NCBI GenBank assembly: GCA_038895675.1
Contig: JAWANB010000002.1
Coordinates: 1-41,061, forward strand
Direction of reading: 5' to 3'
Length of the DNA stretch: 41,061 nucleotides
Source: Candidatus Iainarchaeum sp.
Lineage (GTDB): Archaea; Iainarchaeota; Iainarchaeia; Iainarchaeales; Iainarchaeaceae
Below are positions 31,243 through 40,460 of this stretch, in pieces (positions within the stretch are counted from its first letter, which is position 1; every line of letters begins with the position of its first letter). Position numbers and translations under genes: made by a program. The notes under the pieces are model-generated. The model worked only from the letters and a program-made list of their open reading frames with translations, was not told where the DNA came from and did no database searches.

Positions 31243-33288
31243 ATGATTAGGCGTTTGGTGTTAAAAAACTGGAAGACGCATTATGATACTACTCTTGAAT
31301 TTGTTAAGGGCACTAATGTTATTGTTGGTAAGATAGGTAGTGGTAAAAGCTCTGTTTTGGATGCTGTTTCTTATGCTTTGTATGGTACTTTCCCTGCTCT
31401 TAATTCTCGTAAAGTAAGTCTTGACGAGGTCATAATGGTTAGACCTTCTATACAAAATAGTGCTTTGGTTGAGTTAGAGTTCGTGTATGCTGGCAAAAAT
31501 TATTTGGTTAGAAGAATTTTGAGGCGCAATGGTGTTAACGAGGCCGAGCTTAGGGAAAATGGTAATCTTATTTCAGGACCTAAGACTAGTGATGTTAATA
31601 GAAAGATTGAAGAGTTGCTTGAAGTGAGTTATGATCTTTTCAGTAGGGCTATTTATTCTGAGCAAAATCAGTTGGATGCTTTTTTGAAAATGACGCCAAG
31701 CCAAAGAAAAGAAAAGCTTGATGAGTTACTTGGTTTGGATAAGTATGAATTGGTAAGGTCTAATGCTGTTACTTTGTCAAGCAGGTTTAGAAAACTTTCT
31801 GATGATAAGAGAAAATTTGCGGAAGAGCAAAAGAAAAAAATCGATTTTAATAAGTTTGAAGAGTATAAGAAAAAGGTTGTTGAGAAACAAAGTGAAATTT
31901 TGTCTCTTGAGAAGTCTTTGGTTGATTTGGATAATATTGTTAGAGAGAAAAAAGAGAATCTTGATTTTTTGGTTGATTTGGAGAAGAAGCATGTTGAGCT
32001 TGAGAAGAGGCTTACTTCTTTGTCTTCTAAAATAAGTTCTTTGCGTGATGATTGTGTTTTTATTGAGAAAAAAATTTCTGGCTTGAGTTTTGATGAGTTG
32101 TCAAAGAAAAAAGCAGAATTAGGAAAAAAAATCGAGTTTTTGGTTGCTGAAAGGTCTGCTATTAAGAAAGAGCAAGATACTTTGAGGTCTTTGTTGGTTT
32201 CTTTAAAGGAAGACAAGGCTTCTTTAAAGGCTGATTTGGTTAGGCTTGAAAAGTCTATTTCAAGTATTGATTCTATTAGTGGTTCTTGTCCTGTTTGTAA
32301 GAGGCCTATGTTGGAGCATGAGAAGTCTTTTTTGTTGAAAGAGTTTTTAGAAGAGAAAAAAAGGGTCGAATCTTTAATTTCTGAAAAAGATTCTTTGTTA
32401 AAGTCTCACGAGGCTTCTATTGATAATATTGTTTCTAAAGATAAGTCTTTAGAAAATGATTTAGAGGTTTTTAAGAAGCAATTTTTTGAAATTGATTCTT
32501 TGTTAAGTTCTGCTTCTGAGTTGGAGAAGAAAAAAATTTCACTTGAAAGTTATGAGAAAGAATTTTCTTCTTTAAGTTCAGAATTAAATTCTTTGGGTTT
32601 TGATTCTGAAAGATTGCGTTTGGCGAGGGCTGAGTTTTCTAATTATTCTTCTGATTTAGAAAAAACTAAGGTCATGTTGAAGAGTTCTAAGGAGCTTCTT
32701 GACGAAATTAATAGGTCTATTAGTATTTTTGAGAATTCTTTGAAGAATGTTTCGTTGCTTGAGGATGAAGCTAATTCTTTATCTTATTATTCTGAACTTA
32801 TTTCTATTTTTGTTAATGCTCTTGCTTCTGCTCAGGTTGAATTAAGAGAGCTTATGATTGATAATATTAATGTTGCCATGTCTGAGATTTGGCCTAAGAT
32901 TTATCCTTATGGTGATATTCAAGGTGTAAAGCTTGTGCTGGTTGACGGTAACTATGAAATTTTTGCTAAGGGTCTCAATGATGAGCTTGTTAGAGTTGAA
33001 GGTATTCTTTCTGGTGGTGAAAGGAGTTGTGTTGCAATAACTTTGCGTATTGCTCTTTCTTTGGTTTTGACGAGTAATTTGGGTTGGATAATGCTTGATG
33101 AGCCTACTCATAACCTTGATTCTTCTGTTGTTTCAAGATTTGCTGTTACTATTGGTGAACGTTTGCCGGAACTAATTGGTCAGGTTTTTATAATAACTCA
33201 CGATAAGTCTTTAGAGGTGGCTGGCACTGGCAAGTTGTATCATTTTGAGAGGGAAAAGGAGTCTCAAGGTTATACTAAAGTGTTTTAA
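31243..33288 (+). CDS. rad50: Rad50-like SMC-family ATPase with a zinc hook (short coiled coil)
   Basis: N-terminal LVLKNWKTH...GTNVIVGKIGSGKSSVLDAVSYALYG, a central CPVCKRP hook, then the C-terminal signature LSGGERSCVAITLRIALS and Walker B IMLDEPTHNLD. Confidence 0.8.
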   Translation: MIRRLVLKNWKTHYDTTLEFVKGTNVIVGKIGSGKSSVLDAVSYALYGTFPALNSRKVSLDEVIMVRPSIQNSALVELEFVYAGKNYLVRRILRRNGVNEAELRENGNLISGPKTSDVNRKIEELLEVSYDLFSRAIYSEQNQLDAFLKMTPSQRKEKLDELLGLDKYELVRSNAVTLSSRFRKLSDDKRKFAEEQKKKIDFNKFEEYKKKVVEKQSEILSLEKSLVDLDNIVREKKENLDFLVDLEKKHVELEKRLTSLSSKISSLRDDCVFIEKKISGLSFDELSKKKAELGKKIEFLVAERSAIKKEQDTLRSLLVSLKEDKASLKADLVRLEKSISSIDSISGSCPVCKRPMLEHEKSFLLKEFLEEKKRVESLISEKDSLLKSHEASIDNIVSKDKSLENDLEVFKKQFFEIDSLLSSASELEKKKISLESYEKEFSSLSSELNSLGFDSERLRLARAEFSNYSSDLEKTKVMLKSSKELLDEINRSISIFENSLKNVSLLEDEANSLSYYSELISIFVNALASAQVELRELMIDNINVAMSEIWPKIYPYGDIQGVKLVLVDGNYEIFAKGLNDELVRVEGILSGGERSCVAITLRIALSLVLTSNLGWIMLDEPTHNLDSSVVSRFAVTIGERLPELIGQVFIITHDKSLEVAGTGKLYHFEREKESQGYTKVF

Positions 33289-33314
33289 CAAAATATTTTG
33301 TTAATGTGTTTTTT

Positions 33315-33896
33315 ATGTTGTCGCGTTTTGCAATGCTAAAAAAAAGGCATTCTGAGACTTTTGAAACGGCTTTAAGGCAGGGCAAAGTTGACCCACAAAT
33401 AGTAAGTCTTTGTGAATTCGTAAAGTCCACTAAAAATTATTTTACTTCGAGTAGTTGTAGTGGCCGTATTTTATTGATTGAAAAGTTAGGCGTTAGAAAA
33501 ATTGACAATTTTTTTCATCGTAAGTGGCATAGAGAAATTTCCAAAAGTGAGCTTTTAGAGGCTCTTGATGTTCAGACTTCTGGCGAGTTATGGTTTCGTG
33601 TTGATCCTTTCATTTTACATTTAGGTTGTGCTGATTTGGAATCTGCTATAATTGCCTTGAACGCTATGAAAAAGGCAGGCGTTAAAAGAGGCGGTATTAT
33701 TGTTGCCGAGCCTGAAAAATTTTTGATTGAGTTTCAAGGAACTAATGTCATGTCTTTTCCTATAAAAGTTAATGAAGTTCTTTTGGCTAATGATTTGTTG
33801 ATTGATAATTTGGTGTTGAAAGCTAATGCTTTGTTAGTTGAAAATTATAGGCGTCTTGCTCGGCTTGAGTTTGAGTTCAGAAAAGCTTTGATTTGA
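33315..33896 (+). CDS. taw3: tRNA wyosine-derivative methyltransferase Taw3 (TYW3 family)
   Basis: F..AL..GKVD..IV.L..F....KNYFTSSSCSGRILLIEK carries the TYW3 hallmark SSCSGR. The start could be 33306 (GTG), 33315 or 33333. Confidence 0.7.
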   Translation: MLSRFAMLKKRHSETFETALRQGKVDPQIVSLCEFVKSTKNYFTSSSCSGRILLIEKLGVRKIDNFFHRKWHREISKSELLEALDVQTSGELWFRVDPFILHLGCADLESAIIALNAMKKAGVKRGGIIVAEPEKFLIEFQGTNVMSFPIKVNEVLLANDLLIDNLVLKANALLVENYRRLARLEFEFRKALI

Positions 33897-33933
33897 TTCT
33901 TTTTTAAATCGTTTTTAACTTTTTTATTTTTTT

Positions 33934-34005
33934 GGGCCCGTGGCGCAACGGAAGCGCAGTCGCCTTCGGAGCGAAAGGTTGGGGGTTCGAATCCCTCCGG
34001 GCTCG
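33934..34005 (+). tRNA. tRNA-Arg (anticodon TCG)
   Basis: Acceptor GGGCCCG/CGGGCTC (one G-T pair), D arm GCGC-AACGGAA-GCGC, anticodon loop CTTCGGA, T arm GGGGG-TTCGAAT-CCCTC. The first anticodon-stem pair is a G/A mismatch. Confidence 0.8.
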
Positions 34006-34080
34006 TTGGTGTTTTTATTGTTAGGTGACTAATTTGTGGATTTTTTTTGCGTTTATTTTTGCCAGGTTCTATTTTTTTTG

Positions 34081-34353
34081 TTAAATCATTTTTTTTAATT
34101 CTTCTAATAGTATTTGTTTTATTTTTGGATCTGTTATTTGACTTAAAAATAGTTTTATTGCTATTTTTGTTTTTAGTTGTTCTTTTTCTTTTTTTATTCT
34201 TGTTAGTTCTTCTTGTGTTGGTATTGTCGGATTGTTTAGTGAAAGTCTATATGCTTCTATTGCTAAAGGATCAATTTCTTCTTGGGTTTGTTTTATATTT
34301 TTTGTATTTAATGCAGTTTTTAATGCAATTCCTGTTTCTGCGAGAATTTGCAT
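34081..34353 (-). CDS. Hypothetical protein
   Basis: 90 aa ORF. No motif recognised, and coding status is uncertain. Confidence 0.35.
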   Translation of the reverse strand: MQILAETGIALKTALNTKNIKQTQEEIDPLAIEAYRLSLNNPTIPTQEELTRIKKEKEQLKTKIAIKLFLSQITDPKIKQILLEELKKMI

Positions 34354-34399
34354 TTCTTCATTTATTTGTCTTTGGAATTTAGGGTCTTTAAGCAGTCTT

Positions 34400-34597
34400 C
34401 TAAATTGGCCTATCAGTTCTTTTACTTTTTTTTTCTATTAACATTCTTTCTATTATTTCTTTTTTTCTTTGTTGTGCTTCTCTTCTTTTTTGAAATGGTG
34501 TTTCTGCTTTTCTTTTTAGATTTCTAATACCATCTTTTATTGCCCAAGTTGTTCTAAGCGCTATTACTCTTAAAACATTTACCACTTTTTTTAACAT
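34400..34597 (-). CDS. Hypothetical small basic protein
   Basis: 65 aa ORF. No motif recognised, and coding status is uncertain. Confidence 0.3.
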   Translation of the reverse strand: MLKKVVNVLRVIALRTTWAIKDGIRNLKRKAETPFQKRREAQQRKKEIIERMLIEKKSKRTDRPI

Positions 34598-34673
34598 GTC
34601 TTTTATTTTTTTATTTTTTCCAAAATAAATGTTTTTTTATTCTTTGTTATTTTGTTTTTTTTGGTGTTCTTTT

Positions 34674-35207
34674 TTGCGTCTTTTCATTGCTTTACCTCTT
34701 CCAAAGGAAGTAAAGGAAAAGATTGGCGTTGAGGTTATTTCAAGGTTTCCTTCAAAATTTTTTAAGGTTGTTAAAAGCGATAATTTGCACTTTACTATTT
34801 GTTTTATTGGTGAAAAATCTGATTCTGAGGTTAGTAGTATTGTTTCTGTTTTGTATAAGCTTTCTTTTTCTTCTTTTAGTGTTTCTGTTTCTAAATTAGG
34901 TAATTTCAAAAAAAGGGTTTTTTGGTTGGGTGTTTCTAATGGTTCGTTTGAGCTTGAAGCTCTTTCTAAGTTGGTGTGTTCCAAATTAGGTGTTAGTTTT
35001 TCTGGTTCGCCTCATTTGACTATTGCTAGAGCTAAGCCTGGCTTTGAGTCTGAGGCTTTCAGTTTTTTTTCTAAATTTAATACAAACTTTTCTTGTGATT
35101 TTGTCGTTGATAGAGTTTCTTTGTTTTCTTCTGTTTTGAGTAGTTCTGGCCCTATTTATTCTGAATTAGGGTTCAAGATTTTGAGCAAAATGGATTCTGG
35201 GTCATAA
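34674..35207 (+). CDS. thpR: RNA 2',3'-cyclic phosphodiesterase / 2'-5' RNA ligase (2H family, ThpR/LigT)
   Basis: Two H-x-T/S-x motifs (LHFTICFIGE and PHLTIARA), with an N-terminus RLFIALPLP typical of the family. The probable start is TTG at 34674; the track ORF begins at ATG 34629, which adds an F/L-rich artefactual-looking leader. Confidence 0.7.
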   Translation: MRLFIALPLPKEVKEKIGVEVISRFPSKFFKVVKSDNLHFTICFIGEKSDSEVSSIVSVLYKLSFSSFSVSVSKLGNFKKRVFWLGVSNGSFELEALSKLVCSKLGVSFSGSPHLTIARAKPGFESEAFSFFSKFNTNFSCDFVVDRVSLFSSVLSSSGPIYSELGFKILSKMDSGS

Positions 35208-36715
35208 TAGTATTGTTGTATTATTGTTTCTACTTCCGATTGTGCTGTAATATTGTTTTTCATCATCCATTCCAATATTTTTTTTCTAATAGTTATTTCT
35301 GTTTCTATTTCTTTTTTTGTTTTTAGTGTCATTGCTGCTAATTTTTCAACTAGCGAGCTCGGTACTTTTGTTCTTACTAACGTGTCTGTTTCTTTGTCCC
35401 ATTCAAATATGTTTGCTATTAATGGTTTTTGGTCCATGGATGTTACTTCTGATATTGATAGTACTCTTCTTTGTATTCCCACTCCTTTTATGTATATTCT
35501 GTATTGTAGGATTATTATGTTTAGTAATGGTAATAGTACTTCGCTTACGTTCATTGGTGGGTTTTTGAGTCTTATCATCATTTCTTTTGGCGAATTGCTG
35601 TGCAATGTTCCCATGCATCCTCTATGTCCTGTGTCCATTGCTATGAATAGTGTTTCTGCTTCTTTTCCTCTTACTTCTCCTAATATCAGTCTGTCTGGTC
35701 TCATTCTTAGTGAGTTTTTTAGTAGGTCGTCCATTGTTACTTCTGCTTGTCCTGAAATTCCTAGTCTTGCTTCCATTTGTACCCAGTTGTCTCTGTTTCC
35801 TAATTGTAGTTCTAGGGTGTCTTCTATTGTTATTACTCTTTCTGAGTATCTTATAAAGTTTCCAAGTGCGTTTAGTGTTGTTGTTTTTCCCGAGCTTGAG
35901 CCTCCTGTTACTATTATGTTCATTGGGTCTACTCCGTAGCCTTCTGTCATTAGCCATAAAAAAGCCGCTGCTTCTGTTGTTATGGTTTTTTTGTTTATTA
36001 GGTCTATTATGCTCATTGGTTTTGGTGTGAATTTTCTTATTGTTAGGCAAGGCCCATAAGGTGTTATGAATGAGTATGTTGCGTTTGACCTGTTTCCGTC
36101 TGGTAGTCTTGCGTCTATGAAAGGATTTTGTTGGTCGAATTTTCTTCCTACTGTTGAGGCTATTCTTTTTAGTATTAAGTCTAATTCTTTTTTGTCTGCA
36201 TAGTTTATGTTTGTTTTGCAGTGTCCGTATTTTCTATGAAATACGAAAACATTTTTTTCATAACCATTTATCATTATTTCTTCCAGGTTTTCATCTATTA
36301 GTAATTGTTGTATTTTGCCGTAGCCTACTGATTCGCTTAGTATTCCTTCTGCTATTAGCGTCGGGTTTGTGATTTTTGGGAAATGTTTTACTATTAGTTG
36401 TACTAACTCTGTTTTTACTTTGTTGTAGTCTTCTTTTTTTAGGAGTATTTCTTTTGAGTCGTATGTTGATATTGGTTTTACTATTTTTTCTCTGAACTCT
36501 TCTGCAAACGTTTTTGTGTATAATTTTCCTGCCCCATTCAGTATGTCTTCTATTGTTATTTGGTGTGTTAAGAAGTCTCTGAAGGTGTTTTTTAGTTCTT
36601 TTTCTTCTGGTGTTAAACTTGGTTCTGTTATTTCGTAGTGGTAATATGGAAAGCCTTCGTATATTGATATTTGGCCGTAAATTTCTAGTCTTTTTCCTTT
36701 TATTTCTTCAAGCAT
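35156..36715 (-). CDS. Type IV pilus/archaellum-type assembly ATPase (FlaI/PilB/VirB11 superfamily)
   Basis: Walker A VTGGSSSGKTTTLNAL, an Asp box region ITIEDTLEL, Walker B RPDRLILGEVRG, and a His box GHRGCMGTLHSNS. Confidence 0.85.
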   Translation of the reverse strand: MLEEIKGKRLEIYGQISIYEGFPYYHYEITEPSLTPEEKELKNTFRDFLTHQITIEDILNGAGKLYTKTFAEEFREKIVKPISTYDSKEILLKKEDYNKVKTELVQLIVKHFPKITNPTLIAEGILSESVGYGKIQQLLIDENLEEIMINGYEKNVFVFHRKYGHCKTNINYADKKELDLILKRIASTVGRKFDQQNPFIDARLPDGNRSNATYSFITPYGPCLTIRKFTPKPMSIIDLINKKTITTEAAAFLWLMTEGYGVDPMNIIVTGGSSSGKTTTLNALGNFIRYSERVITIEDTLELQLGNRDNWVQMEARLGISGQAEVTMDDLLKNSLRMRPDRLILGEVRGKEAETLFIAMDTGHRGCMGTLHSNSPKEMMIRLKNPPMNVSEVLLPLLNIIILQYRIYIKGVGIQRRVLSISEVTSMDQKPLIANIFEWDKETDTLVRTKVPSSLVEKLAAMTLKTKKEIETEITIRKKILEWMMKNNITAQSEVETIIQQYYYDPESILLKILNPNSE

Positions 36716-36788
36716 TATTTATTATTTTGTGCTTTAGTATTTAAATATGCTTAAATGTTGTTAGTAGTTTTTTTTTGTTGGATCTAAA

Positions 36789-38177
36789 ATGTCAAAAAAC
36801 AATAATTTTGTTGTTTTGTTTGGTAAGGTTTTGAAAAAGATAGTGCCTTCTGATGTTGAGTTGATTAGGCAAAAAAAATTAGTTGATTCTTTGATAAGTA
36901 AGATAATGTCTTTTAAAGGGCGTCATGTTAAGGCAGAGCTTGTAGGTAGTGCAAGTAGGGGCACTAATCTTGCTTCTGATACTGACTTGGATATTTTTGT
37001 TTTTTATCCTACGACTTTAAGCAGGGTTGATTTTGAAAGGGAAAGTCTTTTGTTGGCTAAGCGTGTTTTTGGTAAGCACAAGTATGAGAAGGTTTATTCT
37101 GAGCACCCTTATTTGCGTGGGTTTATTTCTGGGCGTGTAGTTGAAATAGTTCCTGCTTATTTGGTGAGTGGTTCTAATATTGTTAGTGCTGTTGATAGGT
37201 CTCCTTTGCATAATTCTTATCTTAATTCTAAATTGTCTTTTGAGGCAAAAAATGAAGTGAGGCTTTTGAAGCAGTTTTTAAAAGGAATTTCGTGTTATGG
37301 TGCTGATTTGAGTTCTAATAGTTTTTCTGGTTATCTTACGGAATTGCTTGTAGTTTATTATGGTAGTTTTTTAGGTGTTGTTAGGGCTGCTTGTAATTGG
37401 TCTAAGTTTCAAGTGGTTGATGTTGAGGGTTTTTATTCTAATGTTGAAGCTTTAAATAAGTTTAAGCATCATTTAATTGTTCCTGATCCTGTTGATAAAG
37501 AGAGGAACGTTGCTGCTGCTTTGTCTTATAATCAGTATGCGCGTTTTATTGCTGCTTGCAGGTCTTTTGTTGATAATCCTTCTCTTAATTTCTTTTTTCC
37601 TAAGCCTGTAAAACCTTGGTCTAAAAAGTCTTTGCTTAGTTTTTTGAATAAAGTTGAAGTTGTTGCTGTTTTGTTTCCTTATCCTCGTGTTTTAGTCGAA
37701 GATCAGGTTTGGGGCGTGGTTAGGCGTTTAGGCAGGAAACTTTTTTCTGTTTCGATTGCCAATGATTTTGTTGTCAAGCGTTTTGGCGAGTGGGTTGAAA
37801 GGGGTAAATTCATGGCAATTGTTTTTGAGGTCGAGTCTTTGACTCTTCAGAAGTCTAAAATTAGGGTGGGTCCGGAAGTAGTTGATTTCAAGAATTCTGT
37901 TGCTTTTTTGTCTGCTCATAAAAAGATTATTTCAGGCCCTCGTATAGAAAATGGCAGGTGGGTTTTGGAAGTTGAAAGGCAAGAAGTTGATTTTAGGCGT
38001 TTTATTAAGAAGACTTGTGCTTTGTTTTCTTTACAGGAAAAGCTTTCGTTGCGCTTGCCTTTAAAAAAGGTTGTCGTGTTTTCGGAAAGTGATCTTTATA
38101 GTGTTTATTCTAAGAACAAGGGTTTTGCTTCTTTTTTCACTTCTTGGTTAAAGGGTAAGGAAACTTTTTTGCAATGA
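36789..38177 (+). CDS. cca: CCA-adding tRNA nucleotidyltransferase (archaeal class I)
   Basis: ELVGSASRGTNLASDTDLDIFVFYP, EHPYLRG and VDRSPLHNSYL are class I CCA enzyme motifs. Confidence 0.9.
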   Translation: MSKNNNFVVLFGKVLKKIVPSDVELIRQKKLVDSLISKIMSFKGRHVKAELVGSASRGTNLASDTDLDIFVFYPTTLSRVDFERESLLLAKRVFGKHKYEKVYSEHPYLRGFISGRVVEIVPAYLVSGSNIVSAVDRSPLHNSYLNSKLSFEAKNEVRLLKQFLKGISCYGADLSSNSFSGYLTELLVVYYGSFLGVVRAACNWSKFQVVDVEGFYSNVEALNKFKHHLIVPDPVDKERNVAAALSYNQYARFIAACRSFVDNPSLNFFFPKPVKPWSKKSLLSFLNKVEVVAVLFPYPRVLVEDQVWGVVRRLGRKLFSVSIANDFVVKRFGEWVERGKFMAIVFEVESLTLQKSKIRVGPEVVDFKNSVAFLSAHKKIISGPRIENGRWVLEVERQEVDFRRFIKKTCALFSLQEKLSLRLPLKKVVVFSESDLYSVYSKNKGFASFFTSWLKGKETFLQ

Positions 38178-38327
38178 ATTTTTGTTCCTTTTGTGCGTTG
38201 TACTATCTTTGGCTTTTTTTGGCCGCGACTTATTTAGATTTTTTAATCTGTTTTTAATTTTTTTTGTTTGCTTTCGTTTTTTTGATCTTTGACAACCTTT
38301 TTATTGTTTTTTCTGTTGTATTTTATC

Positions 38328-39116
38328 ATGAGGTTTTTTTTGTTTTTGTTTTTGTTTTTGTTGCCTGCTTTTTCTTTTGCTGTTGTAGAGTTGTCTTTTC
38401 CAGTTTCGCAAAAGTTCGAGTCTTCGCCTTTGTTTATAGGCAATGTTTCTCCTGGTCAAAGTTTTGATTTGGTTTTTTCTGATGATTCTGGCTTGGGTTT
38501 TGATTGGGATTATGTCAAGGTTGATTATGATTCGTTGCCAAGACTTTGGTCTGTTGTTTCTTACTCGAGCACTTCTTCTTCGCTTTCTGTTACTTTGCGT
38601 ATTCCGTCTTCTACAGAGGAAGGTGTTTATTCTTTCAAGGTTGTTTTGGGTAATTCTTCTAATAATGTTTCAGAATTTGCTGATATTATTGTGGGTGTTA
38701 AAAAGAATCTTGTTTCGGTTTCTTTTTCAAGGCCTTTTGTTAAGGAAAAATTGTTGGCTTTTGAGCCTATAGAGTATTCTGTTTTCATTTCTAATGCTTC
38801 TATTGGTTATGACAATGTTTTTGTTAGTGCTAATGTTCCTTCTAACTGGTTTTCTTCTAAAAGCTTTTTAGTTAGGCCTAACGAGGACGTTGAAGTTAAG
38901 TTGGTTGTTTTTCCGCAGTACTATGGTTCAAAGACTTTGCGTTTTTCTGCTTTGCTTGGTTCTGTTAATCATAATATTGCTTCTTTCGAGTCTAAGATTT
39001 ATGTTGAGCCTTCTTTGAAAGGAAAGTTTGGTTCTTCTTTGTCTGGCTTTCCTTTTTTTACTTTTTCTTTGTTGCCTTTCCAATTAATAGGCTCTTTGGT
39101 TTCGCTTTTGGGTTGA
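38328..39116 (+). CDS. Secreted, C-terminally anchored beta-rich surface protein
   Basis: Signal peptide MRFFLFLFLFLLPAFSFA|VVE, two beta-rich modules, and a C-terminal hydrophobic anchor (FPFFTFSLLPFQLIGSLVSLL). It is adjacent to the pilin-like operon. Confidence 0.5.
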   Translation: MRFFLFLFLFLLPAFSFAVVELSFPVSQKFESSPLFIGNVSPGQSFDLVFSDDSGLGFDWDYVKVDYDSLPRLWSVVSYSSTSSSLSVTLRIPSSTEEGVYSFKVVLGNSSNNVSEFADIIVGVKKNLVSVSFSRPFVKEKLLAFEPIEYSVFISNASIGYDNVFVSANVPSNWFSSKSFLVRPNEDVEVKLVVFPQYYGSKTLRFSALLGSVNHNIASFESKIYVEPSLKGKFGSSLSGFPFFTFSLLPFQLIGSLVSLLG

Positions 39117-39122
39117 TTTGTT

Positions 39123-39647
39123 TTAGGGGCATGAAAAATTAGGTTGTTCTATGCAATTTGAAATCGTGTCTTTTATTTGGCAATCAGTGTTCGGTGGTAC
39201 TCCTACTTGTTCTCCTTCTTTTTCTAATTTTATTTGTAATGTTCTTGTTATTTTTATGTCGCCGTTGTTGTAAGTGCAGATTATTTCAGGTGTTGCTGTT
39301 AAGTTTCTTCCTGCGTTGAATACTATTTTTTTGTCTTGTGTTTGGCAATTTATTTTGTATTCATTTTTTAGGGTGTCCATTATTTTATTAAATAATTCTT
39401 CTGCTCTATTTTTTACTTGTCCATTATCATTGCAATTTCCTATTGCGTGTTCTTCGTTATACGCGTCTGCTAATGCTTTGTCAAGCAATCTTATCATATT
39501 ATTGGTTTTTGTTTCAAATATATAAGCAGTGGATGTTATTGAGTGTGTTTTCGTGTATTCTTGGTTAATGTTGTGTTGGCTTATTGCGTATAATATGATT
39601 ATTAATGCAAGTCCTGCTATTGCTATTGAAAATATTCCTTTTTTCAT
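39123..39647 (-). CDS. Pilin-like protein with class III (type IV prepilin-like) signal peptide
   Basis: MKKG|IFSIAIAGLALIIILYAI: a short basic N-terminus, Gly, then a hydrophobic helix. It is the last gene of a four-gene cluster. Confidence 0.55.
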   Translation of the reverse strand: MKKGIFSIAIAGLALIIILYAISQHNINQEYTKTHSITSTAYIFETKTNNMIRLLDKALADAYNEEHAIGNCNDNGQVKNRAEELFNKIMDTLKNEYKINCQTQDKKIVFNAGRNLTATPEIICTYNNGDIKITRTLQIKLEKEGEQVGVPPNTDCQIKDTISNCIEQPNFSCP

Positions 39648-39651
39648 TTTT

Positions 39652-39963
39652 TCACCATAGTTTTGCACATTTAACTACTTTTTCTTTGTAGTTGTCATTT
39701 GTTGAGTCGTATTCTAACATTGAATTGCATTTTGCTGTGTTGCTTTCTACTATGTCTTTAGACAAATTGTCATTTGTTGTTTGTCCTGTATAAAAGTCAG
39801 TTATTGAGTTGCTTAGTGTGTTCATGTCCATTAATAAACTCGGCGTATAATTGTTTGTTGTTTGTCTTTCTATTGTTGATATTCCTGCTAAAAATAGTAT
39901 TATTATGGTTGTTGCTGCCAAAGCGTCTGCTGTGAATATTATTCCTTTTTGTTTTATCTCCAT
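39652..39963 (-). CDS. Pilin-like protein with class III signal peptide
   Basis: MEIKQKG|IIFTADALAATTIIILFLAG. Confidence 0.55.
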   Translation of the reverse strand: MEIKQKGIIFTADALAATTIIILFLAGISTIERQTTNNYTPSLLMDMNTLSNSITDFYTGQTTNDNLSKDIVESNTAKCNSMLEYDSTNDNYKEKVVKCAKLW

Positions 39964-40460
39964 ATATACACCTTCAAGGTTTTCTTTTCTAGTGGGCAGT
40001 CAAAGCCAAAATAATTAGCAATACATTTTTCATAGTCTTTTTTTGTTAGTTCTTCATTAGTTGAGACTATTGCGATTTCTATTGTGCTTATGTCTTTTAC
40101 TTTTTCGTCTGGTTTTTGGTCGCAATCTGTGATGTTCAATAAAGAGTCATTTATTTCAAAGTAGCATTTGAATTGTTTTGGTATTAACAATTCTTCTTTT
40201 GAATAACTAAACAGCGGACTAATATTTACGCAATTGTTTATTTTGTATCCTTGTTCTTGAAATTCTGTTTGTATTTGGCATTCTGTTTTTTTTAGTAGCA
40301 TTAATGCTGCGTTTGTCGCTATTGTTGTTGCTTCTGCGCTGAACCTTGTTTCTTTGTTTTGTATTGTTATTAATTCGTAATTACCTAATATTATTCCTAT
40401 TCCTAATACTATTATTCCTGCTGCTAATAGCACGTCAATTGAAAACATTTGTCCTTTCAT
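39954..40460 (-). CDS. Pilin-like protein with class III signal peptide
   Basis: The start at 40460 (MKGQ|MFSIDVLLAAGIIVLGIGIIL) overlaps the upstream stop as ATGA. The track ORF extends to 40544. Confidence 0.55.
   Translation of the reverse strand: MKGQMFSIDVLLAAGIIVLGIGIILGNYELITIQNKETRFSAEATTIATNAALMLLKKTECQIQTEFQEQGYKINNCVNISPLFSYSKEELLIPKQFKCYFEINDSLLNITDCDQKPDEKVKDISTIEIAIVSTNEELTKKDYEKCIANYFGFDCPLEKKTLKVYIWR

Noticed and set aside
39441-39450. A possible self-target of the 32-nt spacer. There is a 10-nt match (TCCTATTGCG) to its reverse complement inside a pilin-like gene. There is also a 12/14 inverted match (TGTTATTGTT..TG) just after R1 at 16122-16135.
   Set aside because: A 10-mer match is expected by chance when a 32-mer is searched against both strands of 41 kb. 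Neither match covers the PAM-proximal seed end of a Cas12a spacer.
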